Shown in pieces: positions 13,874-24,629 of a stretch of 64,000 bases of DNA. The notes beneath the pieces are model-generated. The model was not told the DNA's origin. It did no database searches and saw nothing but the letters and a program-made list of their open reading frames with translations. Every line of letters begins with the position of its first letter. Position 1 is the stretch's first letter. The DNA is taken from NCBI GenBank assembly GCA_950097015.1, contig CATNEN010000010.1:1426001-1490000 (forward strand), read 5' to 3'. A program made the translations under genes and the position numbers. This stretch comes from Macrostomum hystrix (lineage: Eukaryota; Animalia; Platyhelminthes).

Positions 13874-16389
13874 TAGATCTGACTGGCTGGCTCTTGAGCT
13901 GCAATTGGTCAAGCAACATGCTCAGACCCGTGTGCTACTTTCAATGCAAAATGTCACAGAAATTATTTTTTCGCTAAAGAGAATATTTAAAATGCGTTGC
14001 AAGTAATAGATGAATTGATATATATCGATGAGGATTCAAGAATTCAGGTTCTTTAACAAAATAAAAATTATAGTAGAAAGACAAAGACACCAGTATAATC
14101 AGTCTATTATTATGCCATCAAGCATGTGTCTCTTTCAGAACTTTCGACGTAATTCTCACCTTAGGCTATTTATATTATCTAGAACCGAGCACCATGCATT
14201 TGTTGCACCTAAAAAAGAAACCCGTGTGCACTGTCAAGCTAGCATTGCCAATTCTTAAACTTACTAACACTAAACACAATAGGCATTTCTGACTAAAATA
14301 CAAGACATGCTTCTATCTGAGCTTAGGCCCTATCCAAGCTTTTGAAAAAGTTATATTTTTTATTAAAAAAGTGGCTACACTATAAATTGTTTTATAGTAA
14401 GCATTTCTGGTAACTTATTATAGCTATTCTACTATCCATGTCTTTGCTATGACTTCTTTACTTATACAAGCAACAAGTTCTATTTTTTTATGAACAGAAA
14501 AAATATATTATAGCTATACTACTATTATACATACATGTGAAATTTTGCTTGTCATTTTTGGGCCACCCCCAAGTGAAGGCCATGCTATAAATGTCTAGCT
14601 GTATATTCAAATAAAGTATGAAAATTTCATATAAATGTATGCTTATATTTTATGCCTAATAAGAGGTTGTACTCATAATTGGACTCATAACTTGAATGTC
14701 AAGGGTTCAATTTGAGGATTGCTATAACTAGTATTAAACATCCAGAAAACATGTATTGTTGCATATTGTTGCAAATATTGCATATTTCTTATTCTGTAGA
14801 AAGTCTAGTTTTTTATATGGTCAGGTCTCATATTATGTGACTCCAAAGGAGCCAATAAGCTACCTAACCATGTTAGGCCTAATACTGGGCCTGAAATAGT
14901 CCCTATAGGCCTAGCCCTATAAAATTAACCCCTTCCATTCCATGGCTTTCTTAATTATAATTTTAGCTCTTTAGCTCCACACAGTGCAAAAATAGGTTAG
15001 ATTTTATAATACCAGCTGAAATTCCGGTTTTAGGGTCAAAAGTCCAGTCAGATAATAGACACATTATAGATTACCATGCCTAGGCCCTATCTGAGTGTCT
15101 GTGGTTCGTTGCTAAATATAAAAAATGAAATAAAAAAGACACTAAATGTTTAGAAATATACTTATTGATTGTGATATGCATACGAGTTTGGAACCGATTC
15201 TGTGCAAGACGGCTGATAGGTAATTATAGATACAATGACATGTACGTAGAGATCAATTGATTATGGTGATGAATATATTAAGCCAATTCAATTCACGACA
15301 AAAAGTCACACCGTAAAATATTTCTAATTAATCAAATTAAAACGTTTTAGGTGGTTTTTTGGCTATTCTAAACACTTTAAAATGTTTTAATTTAACACTC
15401 TCAGTGCTAGGCTTCTATAGTACTGAAACGATGCAAGTCTAAGCGAATAATTTACGTAGTGGTTATTGTCACTTTTAACATACATTTTTTCTTAGAAGGA
15501 AAGAGTTTGCTTCTTCTGAGACAACTTAGATAAGTGACTGCCTGTCTAAAAATCAGTCTAACTTTTTAGTTAATATCTAATTAAATATTGAAAACATTGA
15601 ATACTACAAGTAAACAATTGTTTAAAAAGTTTTTTATTTTAAGGTAGCCATAGTTTTACTTACTAATGCTAAAATTGTGGCCACTTTGTGCACACTCTAA
15701 ATTAAACCATTTATCTGATGGCTTTATGTTACATGAATAACAATATTTATTAGTTAGCTATTACTAAATATAAAGCATTCCTTATTCCCTTAGCCATTTT
15801 CAAAATATGAGTAATTTGTTATATGCGATACAATATACTGTCTATTGTGTCCTTAAATAATATTTTTTGCATTACAGTATGCTATCGTTAATATTGTATT
15901 ATTTAATATTAGGAAAAGTAAAAGAAAAAATTGTCATATTTGACATTAGTGCAATTAGGCCTAGTGGGTGATAAAAAAGATAGGCATACATTATCATAGC
16001 ACTAGTCACATAGGGCTAGTTAGTTCGTGGCCTAACTTTACTAGCTAACTTTAGGAAATTAGCAAGTTACTAGGTAGATTATTATTGAATATGGCTTCAT
16101 TTTTAGATTCTCGAGAGCTTGGATTGTCAGAGTTTGTCTAGACATCTTAAGATTGCATAACTGAATTGGTAATTGACTGGCTTGTGCCAGTATATCTGAA
16201 TTGCAAAGCATGTCAAAATAGCATGTTATACTTATATATCTAGGTCTACACAATAATCAGCGACATTTAATTTGTTTTTGGAAATTTAAACTCGGGAACT
16301 TTCTAATTCCAAGTTTTTGTGAACCAGCATTTATGCAGGTGTGTAAATTTTTGTGGCGCAAGCTAAACCTCTTCCACCATTGTCCAGCA

Positions 16390-19300
16390 ATGTCCACCTT
16401 CGCAAAGGACGATGTCAATAATGACAGACCGCCGGCACCTCCGCTGCGGCTGGCCAGTACAGCTGGCAGCACTGCCGACTGCCGTGTACCACAAATGCGG
16501 CCGCCAGACAAACCGCTGCCGAATCCACCAACATTTGCCAGCCGGCATCGCCAGGACAAAGTCGGCAAGAAAAAGCAGAAGAAGCAGCGAGAGCAGTCAA
16601 AGTCTCCGGCGCCAGGCGCACCGACTTCGCCTCTGATGTCGCCGGCTGAGGAGGCGGCGGACTCCCTGGCCTCCACGGCTAAGCCCAGCATCTCCAGTCC
16701 GCGCAACTTCAAGCACACGATGCACGTGACCTTCGACCAGGACAGGCGCGAGTTCTGCGGCATGCCGGAGCAGTGGGCCCGACTGCTCAGGGCCGCCAAC
16801 ATCAGCCGGCAGGAGCAGCAAGAGAATCCGCAGGCGCTGATCGAGGCGCTTCGCTTCTTGGATGCCAAGCCAAACGGCTGCGGCGGCGGCGGCGGTGCCT
16901 CCGACAAATTCCTGCGTCCTCGACCGGCCCCGCCGGTGCCGCTGCCACCGCTGCCGTCTGCGACGACGTCGGAGCAGCCGTCGGTTGCGACCGGCGCTAG
17001 AGGCGACCACCGCGTTGCTCCAGCGCCACCAGACGCGGACGTATCGCCTGTTATTCGGCATCAGCAGCAGCAGCAGCGCAGGAAGAAGGCGGCCACCGAT
17101 GCCGAGGTGCTGGAGAAGCTGCGCGCAGTTGTGTCCGACGGACAGCCGAACGGCCGATTCGAGCGGCTCGGCCAGATCGGCCAGGGCGCCTCCGGTGTTG
17201 TGCACGCCGGCCTCGACCTGGCCAACGGCCGGCAGGTGGCCATCAAGCAGATGCTGATAGCCAAGCAGCCAAAGAAGGAGCTCATCATCAACGAGATTGT
17301 CGTGATGCAGGACACGCGGCACGCCAACATTGTGAACTACGTTGACGGCTTCCTGGTCGGCGATGAGCTCTGGGTGGTCATGGAGCACCTGGCTGGCGGC
17401 TCCCTCACAGACGTGGTCACCGAGACCTGCATGGACGAGGATCAAATTGGCGCCGTCTGCCGTGAGGTGTTGAACGCTCTGGACTTCCTTCACAGCAACC
17501 GGGTTATTCATCGCGACATCAAGAGCGACAATGTGCTGCTTGGTAGGTTCAGAGCTTAGTCAGTAGGAGTGAAATTTTCACAGGTTTTGGGTTTGCTAGT
17601 GGAGTGACATTTTCACAGGTTTTGGGTTTGCTAGTGGAGTGACATTTTCACAGGTTTTGGGTTTGCTAGTGGAGTGACATTTTCACAGGTTTTGGGTTTG
17701 CTAGTGGAGTGACATGTTAACTATTTCTCGGTTTGCTTGAGGAATGACATTTCACAGTTCCTGTATTAATAGTGCAGTGGCATTCACCCCATTTCATAGA
17801 AGATGAGTGGAGTAAAGCTGCTGATCTTTCGGGTCTGTAATGTGCAGCGACATTCCAGACTCTGTTATCTCCTGATTGGCTATCAATAAGGCTTTGAGTC
17901 TCGCTGTGAGTATGTGTCCGCCAAGCAATTATTTGAGCAGCTGTCAGCAGCTCACAGTTGCCAAGCTCTCGCCACCCCCACCCATTCCTGTTCGCGCCAA
18001 ATTGTACTTTTCAGGCACTCAAAAGTTTTGTTAGAACCGTCTCTTCTTCTAGACAGATAAGAAAAAACTGATAGAAGGACTCGCGAGCCCTGGTGCCGGG
18101 TGCAGCGTATAGCGGGCTCTGCAGAATACCAGGGAGACGGGGACAGTTGTCCTCTGGGAACAGTTCTTCATGCCTTATTTGCCCAACTAGATTTCATTTT
18201 CCGCTGCTCATGTGAGCATCCACTGACTTCGTGTCACCTAAGCTGACTGCTTTTCGCATTCGTTCTGCACCGCCTTCGGGGTTTTCAATTAAGCAATTTG
18301 GCTCGCTTGGGCGATCCTCAGAAACTAGAAATTCATTGCGGTCGACAGATCGTTGGCCGTGAAGAATCACCACTTTGGCAGCGAGTTTTTAGAGAAAGGA
18401 CAGCGATAAGACTGCCTAACCACTGCCATTATTCGCCACCATATATAGATTTTGACTGCCATTATCTACCCGCCATTATCCACTCCCATTGACTGCCATT
18501 ATCCACTCCTATTGACTGTCATTATCCAATCCTATTGACTGCCATTATCCAATCCTATTGACTGCCATTATTCACCACCATATATAGATTTTGACTGCCA
18601 TTATCTACCCGCCATTATCCACTCCCATTGACTGCCATTATCCACTCCCATTGACTGCCATTATCCACTCCCATTGACTGCCATTATCCACTCCCATTGA
18701 CTGCCATTATCCACTCCCATTGACTGCCATTATCCACTCCCATTGACTGCCATTATCCACCGTTGACAGCTATTTTCAGCTCCTATTGACTACCATTACG
18801 AGTATCCAATCCTATTGACTACCATTATCCAATCCTATTTGTTAAGTTGGAACAAGCGAGACATTTAGGCACGACAAAACTCTTAAGGCCCAAGTTGGCC
18901 AAAGTGAGAATTATATATTGTCAAGCGATGCGAGTTGAATTGTACACTTAGGCATTGTACAGTGTGGCATGTACATAGAGCAAGTTAGCATATTGATTTA
19001 GTAATGGATTATAAAACGCGACACACAACACTATTGACTGCCATTATCCAATCCTATTGTCTGCTATTATCCAATCCTATTGACTGTCATTATCCAATCC
19101 TATTGACTGCTATTATCTAATCCTATTGACTGCCATTATCCAATCCTATTGACTGCCATTATCCAATCCTATTGACTGCTATTATCCAATCCTATTGACT
19201 GCCATTATCCAATCCTATTGACTGCCATTATCCAATCCTATTGACTGCTATTATCCAATCCTATTGACTGCCATTATCCAATCCTATTGACTGCCATTAT

Positions 19301-20267
19301 CCAATCCTATTGACTGTCATTATCCAATCCTATTGACTGCTATTATCCAATCCTATTGACTGTCATTATCCAATCCTATTGACTGCTATTATCCAATCCT
19401 ATTGACTGTCATTATCCAATCCTATTGACTGCCATTATCCAATCCTATTGACTGTCCATTATCCAATCCTATTGACTGTCATTATCCAATCCTATTGACT
19501 GCCATTATCCAATCCTATTGACTGCCATTATCCAATCCTATTGACTGCCATTATCCAATCCTATTGACTGCCATTATCCAATCCTATTGACTGCCATTAT
19601 CCAATCCTATTGACTGCCATTATCCAATCCTATTGACTGTCATTATCCAATCCTATTGACTGTCATTATCCAATCCTATTGACTGTCATTATCCAATCCT
19701 ATTGACTGTCATTATCCAATCCTATTGACTGCCATATCCACTCGCATTGACTGCCATTATCCACCCGACTGCCATTATCCACTCGCATTGACTGCCATTA
19801 TCCACCCATTGTGTCGCACAATCCCACCAGGCCTGGACGGCTCGGTGAAGCTGACTGACTTTGGCTTCTGCGCGCAGCTGGAGGGCGGCGGCGGCCAGCG
19901 GCACACGATGGTCGGCACGCCCTACTGGATGGCGCCGGAGCTGGTAAGCCGCAAGTCCTACGGCCCCAAGGTGGACATCTGGGCACTGGGCATCATGACC
20001 ATCGAGATGGTCGACGGCGAGCCGCCTTACCTAAACGAGAACCCGCTGCGCGCCCTGTACCTGATCGCCGCCAATGGTCGCCCGGCCGCCCGCGATCGGC
20101 ACCGAGTCTCCAGCCGGCTCTCCGAGTTCACGGACCGCTGCCTGGAGGTTGACGCCGAGGCTCGGCCAGCTGCCAGCGACCTGCTGCGACATCCGCTGGT
20201 TGCCACAGCGCCGCCCGTGGCCTGCCTCGTGCCGCTGATTCAGGCCGCAAAGGGCGCCAGGGCGTGA
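16390..20267 (+). CDS. PAK: Group I p21-activated kinase; exons 16390..17542 (or from ATG 16333) and 19831..20267
   Basis: PPAPPLR SH3-binding motif, [17 protein letters not shown], and autoinhibitory [12 protein letters not shown]. Kinase motifs [32 protein letters not shown]. The phase-1 intron 17543-19830 (G|GTAGGT ... CCACCAG|GC) rebuilds [14 protein letters not shown]. Confidence 0.96.
17566..17715. repeat. 35-bp minisatellite, ~4 copies, just inside the PAK donor site
   Basis: GGAGTGACATTTTCACAGGTTTTGGGTTTGCTAGT repeated in tandem. Confidence 0.9.
18421..19806. repeat. 23-bp intronic minisatellite, split by an insertion at 18840-19030
   Basis: Unit (C/T)ATTGACTGCCATTATCCA(C/A)TCC. It ends about 25 nt before the PAK exon 2 acceptor. 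Confidence 0.95.
18840..19030. mobile_element. Putative 191-bp solo LTR inserted in the 23-bp minisatellite
   Basis: Unique sequence with TGTT...AACA termini, flanked by a direct repeat CTATT (18835-18839 and 19031-19035) where the satellite unit has only one CTATT. ATTATAAAA lies near the right end. Confidence 0.7.
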
Positions 20268-20303
20268 CACGGCGATCTAGGTGAAAGGTTAGGTAGAAGT
20301 TTA

Positions 20304-20735
20304 GGTGACAGGCAGTTTGGGTGACAGGCAGTTTAGGTGACAGGCAGTTTGGGTGACAGGCAGTTTAGGTGACAGGCAGTTTGGGTGACAGGCAGTTTGG
20401 GTGACAGGCAGTTTGGGTGACAGGCAGTTTGGGTGACAGGCAGTTTGGGTGACAGGCAGTTTGGGTGACAGGCAGTTTGGGTGACAGGCAGTTTAGGTGA
20501 CAGGCAGTTTAGGTGACAGGCAGTTTGGGTGACAGGCAGTTTGGGTGACAGGCAGTTTGGGTGACAGGCAGTTTAGGTGACAGGCAGTTTAGGTGACAGG
20601 CAGTTTGGGTGACAGGCAGTTTAGGTGACAGGCAGTTTGGGTGACAGGCAGTTTGGGTGACAGGCAGTTTGGGTGACAGGCAGTTTAGGTGACAGGCAGT
20701 TTAGGTGACAGGCAGTTTGGGTGACAGGCAGTTTA
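20304..20735. repeat. 16-bp minisatellite, ~27 copies, directly after the PAK stop
   Basis: GGTGACAGGCAGTTT(G/A) repeated in tandem. Confidence 0.95.
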
Positions 20736-22154
20736 TGTGAAAGCCAGTTTATTTCTAAGTTAAGCCGCATATGGGCTCAAATGAGTGACACAATGAGCTA
20801 TCAGAAACATTTTCATATTTTTTGTTGTTCTTGAGTTCCAGTGGATCATAAACATTATACTCTGTATCTCTGTTTATCTGTTTCCATTTTCGCTCGTAAT
20901 TCTTGGCGGGTTTAATTTCTCGTTGTCGTTTTCAACTCAGTTGGAAGTTCTTTACATTGCATCGTTGAGACATAGCGGTTTTGTTTGTCGCTTGACGCAG
21001 ACAGCGCGTGTTGGCCTACTCACAAGTTTTTTGCTTTTTTCCAACGACCCGCACTCGCAGTATTTACAGATTGTCGCTTCTGCGAGAATTGCAATTCGTT
21101 TTAAAAGTTCTTCACTTTCGTTTTACCCTATCAATGCTTTTTAACTTTTGAACTGACATTTTAACACAGCTGCTGCTTACTCAATTTTACGTTATGCTTG
21201 CAATAATTATTTCGCTTTTTTGCGCTACAAGTCCTCACTATACTACTACTCGTGACTAGTACTAGTAGCGACATAAGCATAAAGCACATGTTTTTACAGG
21301 AGAATTAGTTTCTATCTGCAATTATCGGCCTGCGTTTTAACCAGTCCACTTTAATTTCGATTTGTTATTGTTGTTACTGTCAACAGACTTGTCCACTTTG
21401 TCATTCTCTGCTATTTTCTCTACATTCGCTAATTGATTAACAGATCTGTTTTATCCACAGTGAGATGGCACATTTCTTCAGTATTTTAATAAAAAGTAAC
21501 ACTTTGCTCTACTATTTTTGTTTGCAATCATGGGTGTTATTGGATTCCTTCTGTCGCTGATTTGAAAACGAATTAAAATTGCACCTTAAAATTGTCTTTT
21601 GCGAGGTGACGACCGTGGATTACATTGTAATTTGAGACCTTGATTCTGTACAATGCATTCAATGCATTCATTTCAATAATTCAATAAATCAAAAAACTTA
21701 TTATGAAAATAATAATCAAATTCACCTGATCTACTAAATGGTAACGAAAAACACCTCACAGCCAACGCAGAAAATTTTGTTGCTAAGGGGCATTTCAGTG
21801 GATGAAATCGAAGGACTTGAAAAATGAAGTGCAGATCCTGCTATAGTCCCTGCTGCCCGGAAGGAGCTTCGCGGACTGATCCCTGTGAGCTGGCCAGTGT
21901 ACTTGCCTGTGAATCACTGTACGAGTGTACACCGGGTGAGGCGTGGCCACTGCTGTATCCACTCGCTACTGCTTTCCCTTCTTCTTCCTGAAGGGTCTTT
22001 ACATTGAAGCATACACCTCTCTCCCCTTCCCTTCCCTCCCTGTCAGTTCTACCCCCTCGTGGGAAGCGGAGGCGGGGTGGCTGGCAGTGAGCCGGGAAAG
22101 GAACAAATTCCGTACGGCCGACCGCGTCCACACTGCCAGATCCGCGGACTCCCC

Positions 22155-22913
22155 ATGCCTGACAGAGGCGAGTCCCCGCCACGCCAGCTGCTGCGGCTGC
22201 TCCTGGCCGCCGCATTGGCAGCCGGGGCCGTCCACGCCTTCACGCCACGGATTCGCTCTCAGAGCGACGCCTCCTACACCTGCAGCTGGCGAATCCTGAC
22301 CTGCGCCAACGTCAACGGCTCCTGCCGCTTCAGCGACGCGCGCTTCTGCACCTGCTGCCTGTGGAAGGCCACCAGCCAAGCCACCCGCCAGCCCGCCGGA
22401 CATGGCGGCCCGTGCCCGGAGCCCTGCAACGCCGTGACCGCCTACGGCCAGTGGTGCCCCTGGTCAGACTGGAGTCCCTGCGGCATCAACATCCCTCAGT
22501 CACGCCGCCAGCGACACTGCGGCTGCCCGACGCCGTTCCTCCGGCCAGACGAGCTCGACGAGGAGCGCGCCGGCTGCCCGGAGGGCGGAGCCGCCGAGGT
22601 GGCCACCTGTTCGCGCGTCTTCAACTCGGAGACTGGCCTGATGCTGGCCGTATTCCTGGGCGGCACCTGCCTGGCGGCACTGCCAATCTGCGCCTTCCTG
22701 TGCTACATCCGGTGCCAACTGCGCCACGGCTCTGGCGGGCCCGAGCTGCTGCCGCCGCTGGCCCCGCCCCGCCAGCCTTCTCAGCAGGCCACGCATCAGC
22801 AGCAGCCGCTGAGGCCGCCAGCGGACTCGTTGAAGCGAGTTCGTCTGGAGAGCTACGACCGCAGCCCGCTGCACTGCAGCAGCATGGCCGATTTAGCTGA
22901 GGCCCCGGTCTGA
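22155..22913 (+). CDS. Single-pass membrane protein with signal peptide, Cys-rich region and TSP1 domain (252 aa)
   Basis: From ATG 22155: hydrophobic leader [17 protein letters not shown], Cys-rich segment, TSP1 signature [10 protein letters not shown]...SRRQRHC, TM segment [24 protein letters not shown], then a Pro/Gln-rich tail. Codon usage is GC-rich like the neighbouring genes. Confidence 0.8.
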   Translation: MPDRGESPPRQLLRLLLAAALAAGAVHAFTPRIRSQSDASYTCSWRILTCANVNGSCRFSDARFCTCCLWKATSQATRQPAGHGGPCPEPCNAVTAYGQWCPWSDWSPCGINIPQSRRQRHCGCPTPFLRPDELDEERAGCPEGGAAEVATCSRVFNSETGLMLAVFLGGTCLAALPICAFLCYIRCQLRHGSGGPELLPPLAPPRQPSQQATHQQQPLRPPADSLKRVRLESYDRSPLHCSSMADLAEAPV

Positions 22914-23174
22914 GGCCCGCCCTGAGGCCCGCCCCGAGGCCCGCCCCGAGGCCCGCCCTGAGGCCCGCCCTGAGGCCCGCCCTGAGGCCCGCCCTGAGGC
23001 CCGCCCTGAGGCCCGCCCTGAGGCCCGCCCTGAGGCCCGCCCTGAGGCCCGCCCTGAGGCCCGCCCTGAGGCCCGCCCTGAGGCCCGCCCTGAGGCCCGC
23101 CCTGAGGCCCGCCTTGAGGCCCGCCCTGAGGCCCGCCCTGAGGCCCGCCTTGAGGCCCGCCCTGAGGCCCGCCC
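22910..23174. repeat. 12-bp minisatellite (CTGAGGCCCGCC)n, ~22 copies, starting at the stop codon of the TSP1 gene
   Basis: The first unit contains the gene's TGA (22911-22913). Confidence 0.96.
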
Positions 23175-23759
23175 TGTCTTTCCCGCAAAAAAGAAAATTT
23201 TGCTGCGTAAAAAATCTAAAACCAAATCCAAATGATAGATCGCTTGAACTTGTTATCAACTTGCTTATGCGAGGCAAATTGTATTATTGTACACAATTGC
23301 TCCACAAATAATACTAACTACCCTGACTCCTGTAAAGTAATTTGTGAAAATATTGCTGCAATGGTGCCGTAGCCAGATCAGTATTGGTCGCGGCCACCAC
23401 AGGTGTACTGCATTGGGACAAAAACAATAAATATAAAAAACAAACAATATTACAGCGCGTACTGAGCTTTGTGAATTGTGAATACACGTAATTTGGGCTT
23501 GATTTTTTTACTAAATTTGAGCTTGGGGTGCAGCAAAAGTAGCCCGTAGTTGTCAGGCCTGTTTGGAATAAAAACGGGTGGCAAGATGGCTTGGTAGTCC
23601 AACAGTTCAGCACCTTGCTCAAGGACACTGACTGCTTCGCTTGGGCGTGTCATAAATGAGACCAAGGCCGAAATTTGGCAGTAAAAGCAAGTTCCGAATT
23701 CGGTCCTGATTGGGCAAAGTTTTATTCTGGGCCGGGCGAGACACCCACCTCAGCCATGC

Positions 23760-24249
23760 TCACTTGCACCTGGCAGCCAGGTAAACAAGTAAAGTAAACA
23801 ATCGAGAAAGTACGCGAGAAAATACGCATATACGCGGCGCTGGGCTACCTGATCCCCCATTTTTACATGTAGCCACCACCTTTGGCAGCTCATCCACTAA
23901 CCTTCCCTCAGCTAAAGTCCAGGCCTGTTCGTTTGTCCACCTGGCAATGCCTTCAAACACCGCGTCGGTCAAATACTGAAGCAAAAATTCTGCCTCTCTG
24001 CCATTCGCCGGTTGTGGTGGAACCCAGCCCGGTCGAACCCCGGTGGGGCCCACGAACTCTGGAACCAGTCAGTGTCTGACGTCAGTCCCTTCGCCAGCTT
24101 GGTACCACTGCAGATCTTCCATTTCGATGTCCGTATCTGAATCTGAGCTTCTTGCGTTTTCAACGTTGTCACCGTCCTCACTAGGCTCTTCATCAAATCT
24201 AACGTAGTATTTATTCATCCTCGTCATCAGTAAGCAAGTGGTCCTCCAT
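23760..24249 (-). pseudogene. Decayed N-terminal fragment of a piggyBac-like transposase
   Basis: MEDHLLTDDE (ATG 24249), a frameshift into an acidic stretch (SSDSDTDIE), an in-frame TGA at 24069-24071, then LVPEFVGPTGV...EFLLQYLTDAVFEGIARWTNEQA. This resembles the P.F.G..G / F..(F/Y).TD.....I...TN..A pattern that precedes the piggyBac DDD domain. The catalytic core is absent. A candidate end TTAA|CCTCT lies at 24454-24462 on the minus strand. Confidence 0.55.
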
Positions 24250-24629
24250 TGCTTACTTTCGGTAAATAAAGATTGCAAAGCAAAGTTAGCAGAACAAAAA
24301 ATGATCGGGCAGTTAGCTAAATCGATGTGAGACAATCGGCGGGAACGATGGTATCAGCAGCGTATGTCTTTATAGATGTGGCAGCTGTCTATGACCGTTT
24401 TCAGCCAAGCCGTCCGTAGTAACGGCAGTGACGGCTTAGAACTGCAGTCAAGTAGAGGTTAAAGCACTGCAAGTGCGCTACTTCTAGAACCTAGTGAGTT
24501 CCGCCCGAGCTGTGCCATAGACTATGAGTGGCATTCCACTCCTGCCAGCTCAGCAGCGCTCGGGAATTGATCAGCTTTGTCGCATCTCAGCTCAGCCTTG
24601 GATAAGCAAATCTGCTTCCTTAAGCCGTA

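Noticed and set aside
13040-15965. Recurrent AGGCCT / TAGGCCCTA motifs in AT-rich DNA
   Set aside because: Short and irregularly spaced, with no definable unit or boundaries.
16257-17511. Long antisense and alternate-frame ORFs over PAK (also over the TSP1 gene and RhoGEF)
   Set aside because: Shadow ORFs expected from GC-rich codon usage; no motifs.
22621-23311. GGPQ, GLRA, ASGR and RPAL repeat ORFs
   Set aside because: These are translations of the 12-bp minisatellite. The GGPQ collagen/prion-like look is an artefact of a stop-free 3n unit.
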